64,000 nt of DNA from Mustelus asterias (lineage: Eukaryota), in contig NW_027590164.1 of assembly GCF_964213995.1 (NCBI RefSeq), forward strand, positions 124,001 to 188,000, written 5' to 3'. How positions within the stretch are numbered: position 1 is the stretch's first letter; the number at the start of each line of letters is the position of its first letter. The notes under the pieces are model-generated. The model was given only the letters and a program-made list of their open reading frames with translations, was not told the origin of the DNA and searched no databases. The position numbers and the translations under genes were made by a program. Below, one piece after another: positions 1 to 13,741 of the stretch.

Positions 1-210
1 CTATGCCAGCTAAATCTCGCCTAATCGCATCATAATTTCCTTTCCCCCAGCTATAACTCTTGCCCTTTGTTATATACCTATCCTTTTCCATTGCTAAAGT
101 AAACGTAATCGAATTGTGGTCACTATCACCAAAGTGCTCACCTACCTCCAAATCTAACACCTGGCCTGGTTCATTACCCAGTACCAAATCCAATGTGGCC
201 TCGCCTCGTA
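1..210 (-). mobile_element. CR1 LINE fragment (ORF2 endonuclease region), runs off window start
   Basis: Minus strand reads RGEATLDLVLGNEPGQVLDLEVGEHFGDSDHNSITF, the APE endonuclease C-terminal SDH motif also seen in ORF 39638..41149. Confidence 0.9.
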
Positions 211-1432
211 GGGCCAGTAAGACTCAGAAAAAGAGCAGGCAGGGTGTGATTGCTAATGAAAGAGGGTCTAGTCAACTGAAGTGCATTTGTTTCAATGCGG
301 GAAGTGTAACAGGAAAGCAGACGAACTTCGGGCTTGGATTGCTACTTGGAATTATGATGTTGCTGCTATTGCAGAGACTTGGCTCAGGGAAGGACAGGAT
401 TGGCAGCTGAACGTTGAGCATATGGATGTTTCAGGCTCGTTGGAGGGGGACGCCAAAGGGGTGGATCAGTAAAGGATTAAGGAGAAACTCACAGTTGTAC
501 GGTGGAAGGACAGCCCGGATGAGGCAATATGGGTAGAGATCAGGAATAGGAAGGGTGCCGTTCACGATGTTGGGGTTTACTATAGGGCGGCCAGCAGCCA
601 GCGGGAGATAGAAGAACAAATAAGTTGGCAGAATTTGGCAAGGTGTAAAAGTAACACGGTTGTTGTGGTCGGAGATTTTAACAGACCCGGTATTGACTGG
701 GACTCACTTTGTGCTTAGGGCGTGGATGAGGCAGGGTTTGTAAGAAGCATCCAGGAGTGCTTCTTGAAACAGTATGTAGATAGTCCAACTCGGGAAGGGG
801 CCGTACTGGACCTTGTATTGGGAAATGAGCCCGGCCAGGTAGGAATACAAGGAAAGTGGAATGAAACGTAAGCAAGGAGTAAGGAGGTCTAAAAGTGATC
901 ACGGAAAATCATTGGCCAGCAGGATTAAGGAAAATCCCAAGGCTTTTTATACATATATAAAGAGCAAGAGGGTAGCAATGCAAAGGGTTGGCCCACTCAA
1001 GGACAGGGGAGAGAATCTGTGCGTTTAGTGAGAGGAAATGGGCGAGGTATTAGATGAGTACTTTGCGTCAGTATTCACCATAGAGAAGGACTTGGTGGTT
1101 GATGAGTCTGGGAAAGGGTGTGCAGATAGTGTGAGTCATTTTGTGATTAAAAGGGAGAAAGTATTAGGGTTCTTTAGAAGCACTCAGGTAGACTAGTCCC
1201 CAGGGCCGGATGGGATTTATCCTTGGATATTGAGAGAGGCAAAGGAGAAAATTGCTGGGGCCTTGAGATACATATTTGTATCCTCACTGGCTACCGAGGA
1301 GTTCCCAGAGGATTGCAGAATAGCCAATGCTGTTCCTTTGTTTGAGAAGGGTTGCAAGAATAATGCAGGTAATTACAGGCCTGTGAGCTTTACATCAGTG
1401 GTCGGGAAATTATTGGAGAGCTTTTCGGAGCA
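211..1432 (+). mobile_element. Degraded CR1 LINE fragment (ORF2 endonuclease to start of RT)
   Basis: LKCICFNAGSV, DELRAWIATWNYDVAAIAETWL and NAGNYRPVSFTSVVGKLLE in short ORFs; frameshifts and internal deletions. Confidence 0.9.
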
Positions 1433-2514
1433 GTAAAAACTCAGTTCGAAGTGAACATTTCTCAGGTAGAACTGCTTGGTTTTTCATGACTGCTGAGGAG
1501 GACAGCCTTCAGCGCACTGGACCTGCGTTACAACACAGATAGCTCGCGGCACCGCTGCCTCATGTGCTTGCTCCATCATCTTCCCTCTCATAGACCCGTC
1601 TGGACTGTGTGTGTGTCGGGGTTAAGTGCGTACTATCAGACAGGAACAGTAACAGAAGTGGGTTGCCGAGGATGTGGTTTTCTTCAGATGTGCACCAACG
1701 GATGGGCCCCAACGTTTACAGTTCAAAGTGCTTGGTGATATTCTGAACATTTCTCAGGTTGGAACTGTTAATTGGAAAATCTTCAGTTGGGATTCTTTAC
1801 TTGTTTATATCTGCTAATTATATTTGTTATTAATTTTTTTTTGTTATTCCGTTTATCTTGTTGTTCCGAACCTTTTCTCATTATAAGGTTTATCTCAATA
1901 ACATTTTTGGAGGCACCGCGCCAAACATACTCAAATCCTTTTCATGCAAGCCTGTACTGGCCTTTATGGGTAAACAGGAAATTTAGCCAGCTCAACATCA
2001 ACTGCTAGGAATTCAGGATCCTGTAAATCGAACAGTCAAATAGTAGCCCCATATAGTGATCAGCATGAGGTTACAATAGGATAAACAATTATTGATTACA
2101 AAACGTGGAAAATGGAACAATCACTTATTCCTGAATCCCACAGACGCGCACATGAGAAAATATGATTTCCAGAAAATTAACATGCACTTAAATTATTAGA
2201 AATGCAGAGCAGAAAAGATCACGGGGGCTATTGTTCAAAAAAAAATCTAAGTGTCAAATTCACTGAAACACTGGAGCAAATCCTGCTGGTGTTTTCAGTG
2301 GGAGTTTCAAAATGAATCGCCCACAGTCTGTGCACTACAGAGAGCCCAAATGTGCTTCACGCTGAAATCAGTATTCCCGGCGGTGGGGCCTCCAGCATAA
2401 CACTGAGTAAGTGTTCTGTCAGTCGATCTGTCAGTGCCGGTATTGACCCATGTGAATAAGCCCACACTGCCGGCATCCCAGTCGCTGGTCAGCTCGATAT
2501 TTAAAAATAGCAGT

Positions 2515-2622
2515 GCGGGTGCTGAAAATTTGGAATGAAAACAAAAAATGCAGGAAAAGCACAGGAGCTCTTGCAGCATCTGTGCAGAGTGAAACTGAGT
2601 TAACGTTCCAAATCCGTCTGAC
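2515..2622. mobile_element. Penelope-like terminal fragment
   Basis: gctgaaaatttggaatgaaaacaaaaaatgcaggaaaa..gcagcatctgtgcagagtgaaactgagttaacgtt resembles the fragment at 17788-17930 and 32570-32660. Confidence 0.45.
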
Positions 2623-3651
2623 ATGGTCCTTCTAGATGGAGATGGTCGTGGGTTTGGAAGGTGCTGTGAAAGGATCTTTGGTGAATTACTGCAATGCATC
2701 TTGAAGATAGTACACACGGCGGCTGCTGAGCTTTATCCTCTTTTAGCCATGCTGTTACTTGTCTGCTCTTGTTTTTTTGTAAATGTGGAGGCGCTGCGCT
2801 TACGGAACGTACTGAATGATCTGTATTGTCTTCCTCCTGTCCTTTTCCATGTTTATATATGGGGGAATCATCAAGCTGTACTGGACCAGGTTTGAGGGTG
2901 AGCTGTATTATTCGTAAAAATGCCAAAACTTCAAAGAAAATATATTTAAAGAATAACGTTCGAGGGGAGGTTCCTCGTGTTGCTGAATACATGTCCTACT
3001 GAGCGCGACTAACACAGACGTCCAGTGGACAGGTGCAGACGAAGTTACAAAGAAATGTGTCAGAGCTGTTAAAACATCCCCTCCAACATGGATACCACCG
3101 GAGACAGCGGGAAGTAAATGTAAGAGCTTCCCACAACATTCTATTGCTTCTGAGCTTCTTTGAGCTGGCAACTTTTGACCACGTGGATGTGAATATCACA
3201 GACAGTTGGGAGGACGAAATTCATTTCAAACAGGGAATTGGACAAATCCTGAAGGGGAAGGATTTGCAGGAATCTGGGGAATGGACAGAGGAACGGGATT
3301 AGTTGCAGTAGTAAAACCAAGAATGAGAATATTAGCACGGAGATGATGATTTATTCAACGGATGGGCTGGGCTGAGGCAGAAGTGGGGATGTCTGATATT
3401 ATTGAGGTGGCTGAGGACAGTATTTGGGATGGAGAGAATATGGGGTTGGAAATCCAGTCAGGGTCAAAGGGATATTTAGTTTGTGAGCAGCCTCTGATAG
3501 CAACCAGAGAGGGGCGTGGAGCCGCGGGATATGGAATGGAATGAGTGACTGGAGCTGAAGAGAATGAATTCATTCTTTTCAAAATGTAAATAACCAGAAA
3601 AATAATGCAGTCCGACACAGTTAGAATAAGTAACTGGACAGAGAAACTTAC

Positions 3652-3826
3652 CAGGGACACCAACAATAGCCAGGACGGGATAATATCCCTCTTGAATACG
3701 TAACAGTACATCGTTGATCTGGTAATCCCATGGTCTCTGAACGTCAATGGACTCGACAATGTTCAAGAGGAAATCTCCATCGAATGTTGGAAAATTCCAA
3801 TCTATTGTTCTCAGATTCTGATCCAT
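3652..3826 (-). CDS. First coding exon of a GPR139/GPR142-like class A GPCR (remaining exon not found in window)
   Basis: ATG at 3826, MDQNLRT...QEGYYPVLAIVGVP(G) entering TM1, then a phase-1 GTAAGT donor at 3651; YYPxLAIxGVP followed by an intron is typical of the expanded shark GPR139-like family. Confidence 0.7.
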
Positions 3827-5280
3827 TGTTGTAACGTTCCAATCTATTCTCAGATTCTGATGTCTCCTCCCCCTATCACTCGAGCTGTGAGTGCCGCAGT
3901 TTATGCTCCCATTGAAAAGAATCCCTTATTAATCGAAGAGGGAAACCCTCCAGTGACACAGTTGGGATCCGTGGAGGCTGCCATTTATTACACTCACTAA
4001 ACAAACAAGTTCAGTTAACTCCTTTCAATCCAAAACATTTTGTATCACAACCAAGTCAAACATTTACTCGGTATGGGTTGGATGTAGAGGTTGACTGAGG
4101 ACAGGAATATAGAACATACTGACCATAATATTTCAATCCTCCTTGGATATGGGAGTGGTGCCAGAGCACGGGAGAGCTGTGAATGTTCCATGTTTAGAAA
4201 AGGAGAAAGAGATAAACCATTGAACCAACAGAGCAGTCCAGGTGAAATGAGCGGGGGGAAAATGGGGATTTCCAGTGTAAAGTGTTGTCCCTGACCGAAT
4301 GTTGCAGACTGACACATTCCAGAGTCCAGGGCTCCGTGCTGAGGGATGCACTAAAGCTTGAGGCGTCCACCCCAGATGTGCAAAGGGGTAAGGGTGCGGT
4401 GTAAGTCCTTTCAGCCATGGTGATTTGAGGATGGGGAAACGTAAAGAACCCCTCGGGCCTTACGATTCACATAGAATGTACACGGTTCATGTTACATGTA
4501 TCACAATTAACTGAAGCAATCAGAATGCAACTTGATTTTTGCAGACCACTCGAATATTCGTGCACTTTGTGTGATGGCCATTTTGTTCAGAATGTTCTTT
4601 CATACATTTTACAAAAAAAAGAATCTTTGCAAGAAAAACCATCGAGCAGAGTGAGTGAATCGAAGACACAGGAGCCAGCAACTCGGAAAATGGGTGAAAA
4701 GAGGACCTGGATGCCGTCACCACCATTTAGAACAGAGTGTACTGAACTGGAATGCCTTTGTACCATTCGTAATGACCATTTTCTAATGTCTGCAATGTTT
4801 CTTTGAATGTATTGAAGCGCCTCAGATTGCAACATGATATATGCAGAGAAACTGTATATTACTGTACTTTGTGTGATGTCCACTTTGAAATGTTTGTAAT
4901 GTTCTTCCAGATATTTAAAGTATATTTTTGCAAAAACAAAAAATAGGATTTTGATCTGGAAGGTCAGGGTCCTCATTGACAATCCCAACAGGGACAGATC
5001 AGAATGGTGTACTGCTGTCATTGCCTGGGAGCTCAGGCGTTTCGACATTGACATTACGAGTCTAAGTGAATCCCGGTGGGCTGGGCAAGGCCAGCTTGAA
5101 CAACAAGTAGGTGGTTAAACTTTCTCCTCGAAAGGTAAATCAGAAGAATATCGCTGGCTCTATGGGGTTGGCTTTGACACCAAAAATAAACGAGCCTGCC
5201 ATCTCTGAGACTCGCTTGGCGGGATAAGTGAATTCCTCATGAACCTTCAACGTAACCCAGAACCAGTGTGCTGGTTCCAA

Positions 5281-5975
5281 TGTGAAAGCATCGTTTCTTG
5301 TGCTGCACAGTCAACCATACCGTTCATAGTGTAAAGAGGGGAAAATGAAAAGGAGAGATTGCAGAATATACAGTTACAGTCATAGCTCGGGTGAAGAGAA
5401 AGGTCAGCTTAATAAAAGATAGGACAATTCAAAACTCTGACGGCAGCAGGAAAGAACCTGTTTCTGAGTTGGTTGGTACGTATTTTCAGACTCTTTCACC
5501 TTTTTTCCCGATGGAAGAGTGTATATCCGTGGTACATGGGGAGCTTGATTATGCTGGCTGCTTTTCTGATGCAGCGGGAAGTGTGGACGGAACCAATCAT
5601 GGGAGGCTAGTTTGTGTAATGGAGTTGGCTACGTTCGCAACCTCTTGCAGCCTTGGTCAGGGCAGAAGCCATACCAAACTGCGATAAATACAGAAAGGTT
5701 GCTTTCTATGGTGCATCTGTAAACAATGGTGAGTGTCGCAGTGGACAACCTGAATGTTCTCAGCTCCCTGAGAAAGTGGAGGCCTAACTACACCGTCAGC
5801 ATGGAGTGACCAGGGCAGTTTGTTGGTGATTCTAACATTTGGAAAATTGATGTTCTCGACCATCTCCACTTCATCACCTTGATGAAGACAGGGACATGTT
5901 CTGCACGAGGTTTCCTGACGTTGACGACTAGCTCCTTCGATTTACTGACATTGAGGGAGAAATTATTGTCCTCGC
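5281..5975 (-). mobile_element. Rex1/Babar-type LINE 3' fragment
   Basis: NNFSLNVSKSKELVVNVR..HVPVFI..EMVENINF motif; homologous to 31090-31830. Confidence 0.7.
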
Positions 5976-6289
5976 CCCATTTCCCAAGGAAATTAAACAG
6001 CAACTCTACCCTGTTCCTGACAAAACCCCTAGAACACGGCCTTGTCACAGCCAACATCTTGTTCCATCAGAGATACATGGCGACACACTCGTTCCAACTG
6101 AAACCTGCCCAACTATGTCACTGTCTGAGCGAGCGACCGGAAGGACGTGCGTTATCATCCCTGCCATGGCAGGTGCCAAAGACTGCCAGACAAACCGCTG
6201 TCCAATCCGCTCTGTGATCAACATCAATATCACCCCAAAGCAGCAACGGAAACAGAACCAATGCCGCAGAAAACACAAAGCTCAGGTGA

Positions 6290-6598
6290 GGCACAGTGGC
6301 ACAATCGTTAGCGCTACTGCCTCACATCGCCGTGGCCCCAGGTTCAATTCCCGGCCTGGGTCATTGTCTGTGCGGAGTCTGCACATTCTTCCCATGTCTG
6401 CGTGGCTTTCCTCCGGGTGGTCCGGTTTTCGCCCACAGCCCGAAAGACGTGCTGGTTAGGTGCATTGGCCAAGTTAAATTCTCGCTCAGTGTACTCGAAT
6501 TGGAGTTGAAGTGTGGCGACTGGGGAACTTTTACCGTAAATTCATTGCAGTGTTAATGTAAGCGTACTTGTGACATTAATAATTAAACTTAAAAAAAA
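6290..6598 (+). mobile_element. tRNA-derived HE1-like SINE (alternative tail)
   Basis: A/B-box head ggcacagtggc..ggttcaattcc and conserved core gtctgtgcggagtctgcacattct; A-rich end. Confidence 0.8.
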
Positions 6599-6783
6599 CT
6601 TTGCTGAGAGAGCCCTATTTAGCCAACACCCCACTGACAACCCGATGAATCCTGGTGACCCAGAGATGCAGAGTGTCCACAGCGCCTGTTCCGCCCTCAA
6701 GACCTCCAAAGAGACGCTTGGTCACTTGGTCAGGAAACACCAAGACTGCTGAATGAACGATCGGAGATCCAGCAGCTGGTAAG

Positions 6784-7108
6784 GGCGCAGAGTGGCACAA
6801 GGATCCAGGTTCGAGGACGGCCTTGGGTGACTGTCTCTGTGGAGCTTGCACAGTCTCGCCATGTCTGTGTGTGTTTCCTCCGGGTGCTGTGGTTTCGTTC
6901 CAAAATACAAAGATGTGCAGGTTAAGTGGATTGGCCATGCTGAATTGCCATCCGTGTCCCAAGCTCTCTAGGTTAGGTCGAATGGCCATGGAAACTGAGT
7001 GGGGTTACTGAAAATGGCGGGGTTGAAGTGGGCCTGTTTAAGGTGCTGAGTCAGTACAGACCCATTAGGCTGAATGGCTTCCTTCTGCGCTGTAGGGATT
7101 CTATGGTT
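6784..7108 (+). mobile_element. HE1-like SINE, head partly deleted
   Basis: Core ctgtctctgtggagcttgcaca..ggtttc..aaagatgtgcaggtta; tail gggattctatg. Confidence 0.8.
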
Positions 7109-8380
7109 CTCAGCATTAAGGTCAAGGCGTTTCGGAACCTGCAGGAGCAGCACAACTCGAGAACAAAACGTAGCTCTACAGCCTAAGCTCCATAAAAAAA
7201 AGACTTGAAGAATCGATGCTGCGTGGAGAAAGAGCAGGAGATCCAGCAGTTAACTGGCAACTGTGATAGCCAGGGTTTCTTTACCGCAGTTGAGATCACC
7301 TGCAGCCCAAGTACCCAAGGTTCCACTCCATTGTTGGCCAAGAAGGGGGAGATGTTCATCAAGAAAATGGAAGCAGTCAGCACCCGTTGGAAGGGCCTCC
7401 TTAACACAAATTCTATCTTCAACGTGCGTGTCCTTGACTCCATTCCACAACATGCTATCCATGACCATCTCAGCACAAACATAACCGGAACAAGGTAGAA
7501 AAGGCCATTCAACAGCTAAAGAACAACAAGCCATCTTGAACAGATGAAGTCCCTGTTAAAGAATTAGAACATGGCGGAAAAGCACTATTGTTGTAAATAC
7601 ACGACCTGACTTCCATTCCCCGGAAGGAAGAAAACGTGCCAGGAGATCTCAAGTACACCACAATCATGACCATCTTCAAGAAAGGTGACAAGTCTGACTT
7701 CTGTAACTACAGAGGAATTTCCCTGCTATTAGCCACAGGGAAGATCATCATAAGAATCTTCCTTAATCGTCTTCTCCCTGTGGCTGCAGCGCTCCTCCCA
7801 GAGACCTGACGTGGATTCCGTCCACTCAGGTGTACAATGGATATGATCTTCACTGTGCGGCATCTGCAGATGACAGCGTCAACCTTTGTATGTGGCTTTC
7901 TATAACCCCACAAAGCCCTTTCACACTTTTAATCGCCAGGGATTATGGAAAATTATCCTCCACCTTGACTCCTCCAAAGGTTTTTCCCCAACATCCATCT
8001 GCTCCACGATGACATGGAAGCTGCGATCCTGATCAACGGAACCACCACAGACCCAATTCATGTTCAGATGGGTTCAAAAAAGGCTGCTTCATCACACTAA
8101 CGCTCTTCTTATTCTTGCTGCAATGCTCCATCTGACTCTCAGCCAGATCCCTGCTGGAATTGAGTTGAACAACAGAACAACTGTGTCTGCTGTTCGTTTT
8201 TCCAGTTTACTACTGTCAGGAAAACAGCGGTAATGATCAATATTTGCATTGTTCAATAGTAGAAGTAAGGAATAGTTTTAAGTGGGTTTAATTTAGTGTT
8301 TCTGTGTAAGAGGAAAAAACCTCTAACTGGATTCATGATGGACAAGGGTGTTTGTATCTGTGGGATTTTTGGTCAGTTAG

Positions 8381-10205
8381 AACATAGAACATAGAACAGT
8401 ACAGCACAGAACAGGCCCTTCGGCCCACGATGTTGTGCCAAGCTTTATCTGAAACCAAGATCAAGCTATCCCACTCCCTATCATCCTGGTGTGCTCCATG
8501 TGCCTATCCAATAACCGCTTAAATGTTTCTAAAGTGGCTGACTCCACTATCACTCCAGGCAGTCCATTCCACACCCCAACCACTCTCTGCGTAAAGAACC
8601 TACCTCTGATATCCGTCCTGTATCTCCCACCACGAACCCTATAGTTATGCCCCCTTGTAATAGCTCCATCCACCCGAGGAAATAGTCTTTGAACGTTCAC
8701 TCTATCTATCCCCTTCATCATTTTATACACCTCTATTAAGTCTCCCCTCAGCCTCCTCCGCTCCAGAGAGAACAGCCCTAGCTCCCTCAACCTTTCCTCA
8801 TATGACCTACCCTCCAAACCAGGCAGCATCCTGGTAAATCTCCTCTGCACTCTTTCCAGCGCTTCCACATCCTTCTTATAGTGAGGTGACCAGAACTGCA
8901 CACAATATTCCAAATGTGGTCTCACCAAGGTCCTGTACAGTTGCAGCATAACCCCACGGCTCTTAAACTCCAACCCCCTGTTAATAAAAGCTAACACACT
9001 ATAGGCCTTCTTCACAGCTCTATCCACTTGACTGGCAACCTTTAGAGATCTGTGGATATGGACCCCAAGATCTCTCTGTTCCTCCACAGTCTTCAGAACC
9101 CTACCTTTGACCCTGTAATCCACATTTAAATTAGTCCTACCAAAATGAATCACCTCACATTTATCAGGGTTAAACTCCATTTGCCATTTTTCAGCCCAGC
9201 TTTGCATCCTATCTATGTCTCTTTGCAGCCTACAACAGCCCTCCACCTCATCCACTACTCCACCAATCTTGGTGTCATCAGCAAATTTACTGATCCACCC
9301 TTCAGCCCCCTCCTCTAAGTCATTAATAAAAATCACAAAGAGCAGAGGACCAAGCACTGATCCCTGCGGCACACCGCTAGCAACCTGCCTCCAATCCGAA
9401 AATTTTCCATCGACCACCACCCTCTGTCTTCGGTCAGACAGCCAGTTACCTATCCAATCGGCCAACTTTCCCTCTATCCCACACCTCCTCACTTTCATCA
9501 TAAGCCGACCATGGGGGACCTTATCAAACGCCTTACTAAAATCCATGTATATGACATCAACTGCCCTACCTTCATCAACACACTTAGTTACCTCCTCAAA
9601 AAATTCTATCAAATTTGTGAGGCACGACTTGCCCTTCACGAATCCGTGCTGACTATCTCGGATTAATCCGCATCTTTCTAAATGGTCGTAAATCCCATCC
9701 CTAAGGACCCTTTCCATCAATTTACCAACCACCGAAGTAAGACTAACCGGTCTATAATTACCAGGGTCATTTCTATTCCCTTTCTTAAACAGAGGAACAA
9801 CATTCGCCATTCTCCAGTCCTCTGGCACCATCCCCGTGGACAGCGAGGACCCAAAGATCAACGCCAAAGGCTCTGCAATCTCATCCCTTGCCTCCCACAG
9901 AATCCTAGGATACATTTCATCAGGCCCAGGGGACTTATCGACCTTCAGTTTATTCAAAACTGCCAAGACATCCTCCCTCCGAACATCTATTTCCTCCAGC
10001 CTATTAGCCTGTAACACCTTCTCTTCCTCAAAAACATGGCCCCTCTCCTTGGTGAACACTGAAGAAAAGTATTCATTCATCACCTCGCCTATCTTTACTG
10101 ACTCCATACACAAGTTCCCACTACTGTCCTTGACCGGCCCTAACCTCACCCTGGTCATTCTTTTATTCCTCACATAAGAGTAAAAAGCCTTGGGGTTTTC
10201 CTTGA
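8381..10205 (-). mobile_element. 5'-truncated young CR1 (HER1-like) LINE with uninterrupted RT domain
   Basis: ORF 8461..10305 contains [36 protein letters not shown]; 3' tail (TTCTATG)n at 8381-8397; LINE homology begins at IKENPKAFY. Confidence 0.97.
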
Positions 10206-11174
10206 TAGAAGGAAAACATAGTTCAAACTGTGTTTCTCCTGTGCTTCGAGAGGGTAAAACATAACAAGTAAACAAGCTGGGAGAAGCAAAAGTCGTTGCT
10301 GACAAACCAGGTGCACCTTTCGGGTGTCATTTTTAGATAACTGAACAACACTTGCTTTTGGAAAGCTAGAGAGCGAACAGCTCTCTCAGTTTTGCTGGAT
10401 AAAAAGCCATACAATGGAGTAATTGTTAATGAATGATGGAAAGCGTCAGTTTTTCTGAGATTGAAAATACTCATGTGACAATCATCTGGAGGGAGTTTGA
10501 GGAGAAAACCACGAAAGATTGGTTGATTGGCATAGGCCATTTAATTTCAGAGTCGGGTGTTACCTTTGAAAACAGTACGCATTTGTGAAGCTGAGAGGGG
10601 AGTAAAAGAGTATTGTACTATAATCAAACGTTTAATGTTTAATAAATGCTTTTTCTGTTAAAAAATTATTAGCAGTCCAATGACTCTGTTCCTCATGTTA
10701 TCTAAGAAAAAAGAAAAACGTAAAGTCCTGTAAGCTTCCAACCAGTAGTAGTAACATAAGATGGGGTTGTGACACTTCTGAACACTTTATATTCAGCTGT
10801 TATAATCCGGGCCAGAAGCGCCAAGGTGTTTTATGAAGTGAGCCCAGAGCAGAAGTTTTGCACCTTGAATTTGGCACGGATAAGCATAAAATATTTCGCT
10901 CGAGGTAGGATCCAAATGTCCCTCACGGGACCTTTTACCAAACAAAGTTTACTTAAGTACACAGTTAACAGATAATACAGAAATCAGCATAACTTTTACC
11001 AATTACAAAAAAAAACAACCATGATCTTGGATAAGCCTCAACAGCTAAATATACTGTCCCAAACTAAACAGCACCCACAACCATATATCCTGTTCAAGGC
11101 TGAGCAAATTAAGCAAGTATGCTCACATGATGCAGCATGCTGCGAATTAGTCCTGTGGAAATGGAATTGAGAGA

Positions 11175-12112
11175 GAATCACAGAATCACAGAACACTGCA
11201 GTGCAGGAGAGGGCCTTTGGCCCATCGAGTCTGCAATGACGGAAGAAATGCCCTGATCTGCCCACCTAATCCCACTTGCCAGCACTTGGCCCATAGCCTT
11301 GAATGTTCTGGCTTGCCAAGTACTCATCCAGGTAATTTTTAAAGAATGTGAGTCATCCCGCCTCTACCCCCACCCCTCTGCCCTCCGCCCAGGCAATGCA
11401 TTCCAGACTGTCACCACCCTCTGAGTAAATAACGTTTTCCTCAAATCTCCCCTAATCCTCCCACCCCTCACTTTTATCCTATGTCCACTCGTCACTGACC
11501 TTTCAACTAAGGGGAACAGCTACTCTCCATCCACATTGTCCATGCCCCTCATAATTTCCAACGCCTCAATCAGGTCGCCCCTCAGACTTCTCTGCTCCAA
11601 CAAAAGCAACTCAAGCCTATACAGCCTCTCTTTATAACGTACATGTTCCATCCCAGGCGGCATCCTGGCAAATAACCTCTGCACTGCCTCCAGTGCTTTC
11701 ACATCATTCCTACAATGTGGCGACCAGAGCTGCACACAGTACTCCAGCTGTGGGTTCACCAAAGTTCGATGCAACTCCATCATCACCTCTCTGCTTTTGT
11801 AATCTAGACCCCGATTGATAAAGGCGAGTGTGCCATGTGCCTTTTTCACCACCCAATTAACCTGCATTTCCGCCTTAAGAGATCTATGGACGAACACGCC
11901 AAGGTCCCTTTGTTCTTCGGAACTTCCCAGTGTCGGGCTTTTCATAGCACATTTCCTTGTCAAATTACTCCTTCCAAAGCGCATCACCTCACATTTTTCA
12001 GGGTTTAATTCCATCTGCTACTTATCCACCCATTTGGCCATCTCGTCTATATCATCATGTAACCTGAGACACTCAACCTCATTGTTAACCACCTGGCCAA
12101 TCTTTGTGTCAT
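11175..12112 (-). mobile_element. CR1 LINE 3' fragment
   Basis: ORF 11520..12014 (QLEYCVQLWSP, SLRGDLIE); tail (TTCTGTGA)n at ~11175. Confidence 0.92.
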
Positions 12113-12274
12113 CGGGAAACCCGGAGGTTTTCTGGCCCTGGAACATTTCGCACAATTCGAGGCAGAAACATTAGTTGCTCTAGCTTTCAGGTAACCAGCC
12201 ACCCACAGCAGAATTTCCAACACCAGGAACAGAGACAAAAAAACATTGTTTTCAGCCTGCAGTCCAAACAGCTT

Positions 12275-12845
12275 CTCTGTATTTCTCTCTCTATCTCTTT
12301 CTCTCTGTCACTTTATCTCTGTCTCTGAATCTGCATGTCTCCCTCTGAGTTTCTCTCTCTCTGTCTCTCTCTCTGTATCTGTGTGTCGCTCTCTGTATTT
12401 CTCTGTGTGTGTGTCTCTCTCAGTATTTCTCTCTTTGTATCTCCCTGTATTTCTCTCTGCCTTTCTCTCTCTGTATTTCTCTGTCCTTGTCTGTCTCTGT
12501 ATCTGTGTGTGTCTCTCTGTATCTGTGTGTCTCTTTGTATATGTGTGTCTCTCTCTCTCGGTATCTGTGTGTCTCTATGTATCTGGCTGTCTCTCTGTAT
12601 TTCTCTCTGTCTCGCTCTATATTTTTCTCTGTCTGTCTGTCTCTCTGTATTTCTCTCTGTCTATTTCTCTGCAATTTTTCTCTCCTTGTCTCTCTCTGCA
12701 TCTGTGTGTGTCTCTCTCTGCGTCTGTCTGTCTCTCTCTCTGGATCTGTGTGTCTCTCTCTGCATCTGTTGTCTTTCTTTGTATCTGCGTGTCTGTCTCT
12801 GTATCTGTGTGTCTCTCTGCATCTGCGTGTCTCTTTGGACTGTGT
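12275..12845. repeat. Degenerate (TC/TG)-rich simple repeat (tctctg/tgtatt motifs)
   Basis: ~570 bp of ctctgtatttctctctgtgtgtc variants; explains several overlapping low-complexity ORFs. Confidence 0.95.
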
Positions 12846-13741
12846 GTCCAAAGCCCATCGACACCGCTCTATTTTCTCTATTACACGGTTTCCCCCTTTT
12901 CCCAGACAGGGATTTTTCGCCAATCCTGCCTGGGATGTGTTTGAACTCAAGATTCTTCAATGAAAGAGTCACTGCGCCATCGAGCGGCCTATCTGTCTAA
13001 CGACAGCTTTGCCGCTGCCTTTTTCTGATGAACTCCAGAGACAGAATGATTGAACAGCCAGAAGAACCTCGGTGATTTCACCCATAAACTGTTCTGTCAC
13101 TGTCGAGTGACGGGCAGTTCTCAACAACAAAGGCTCTGCTTCATCAAAGGCCGATACAGCACAGTATATGGGAGAAGAAAGTTTATTTTGCACTGTCCCA
13201 CCCTAACACTGCAAAGATCGCTGCAGCACAGGTTTTCAGAGCAATTTTCTCTCCCCATTGCCCGATTAAATAGTTCGAAGCCAGGTTTGCAACCGGCCAG
13301 ATATAAAACTCGGTTAGAACAGTTGGGTATGAACCATGAGAGACTGGGATGTTTTCCGCAAAAACATGCAGCTGGGACACATTTCCAATGATTGTCAGCA
13401 ATTGGGGCCTATGAGGTATACTAGGGGAAAACACGCAGAAATTCGGAGATCTTGGGGTCAATCTGAAACAACAGATAAACGGAGGTTATTGGAAATGGTC
13501 CCAGAGAATGCGGTTTAATCTGATAGAGAGACTCCCGCTTCTCACTTTCTCTCAAACACATAAATAGATGTTTTGCCCCCATGTTCCGTTAGAAACGCAC
13601 ACGCTCCGTTTTCTGGTGAAAACAAAGCGACTCTCTGCTTCAAACTGTCCGCTTTGCACGAATTAACACTACTCCACTGACTCCATTTCGATGATGCATT
13701 ATCCCCAATAGACGCCATTCCCTCTGATTCCATCCCCGGAA

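Larger units (their letters stand above)
4945..8185 (+). mobile_element. Degraded RTE-clade (BovB-like) LINE, interrupted by a Rex fragment and two SINEs
   Basis: Relics of WKVRVLIDNPNRDRSE..AWELRRFDIDITSLSESR (endonuclease), LEHGLVTANILFHQR, TIFKKGDKSDFCNYRGISLLLATGKII and RCTMDMIFTVRHLQ (RT). Confidence 0.8.

Noticed and set aside
8200-10760. Solo LTR surrounding the CR1 at 8381-10205
   Set aside because: It has an LTR-like texture, AATAAA and a ..GTAACA end, but no clean TG start or matching TSD could be identified, so it is not called.
12246-13000. Five long overlapping ORFs (103-232 aa)
   Set aside because: They are translations of a TC/TG simple repeat that lacks stop codons; low-complexity, not genes.
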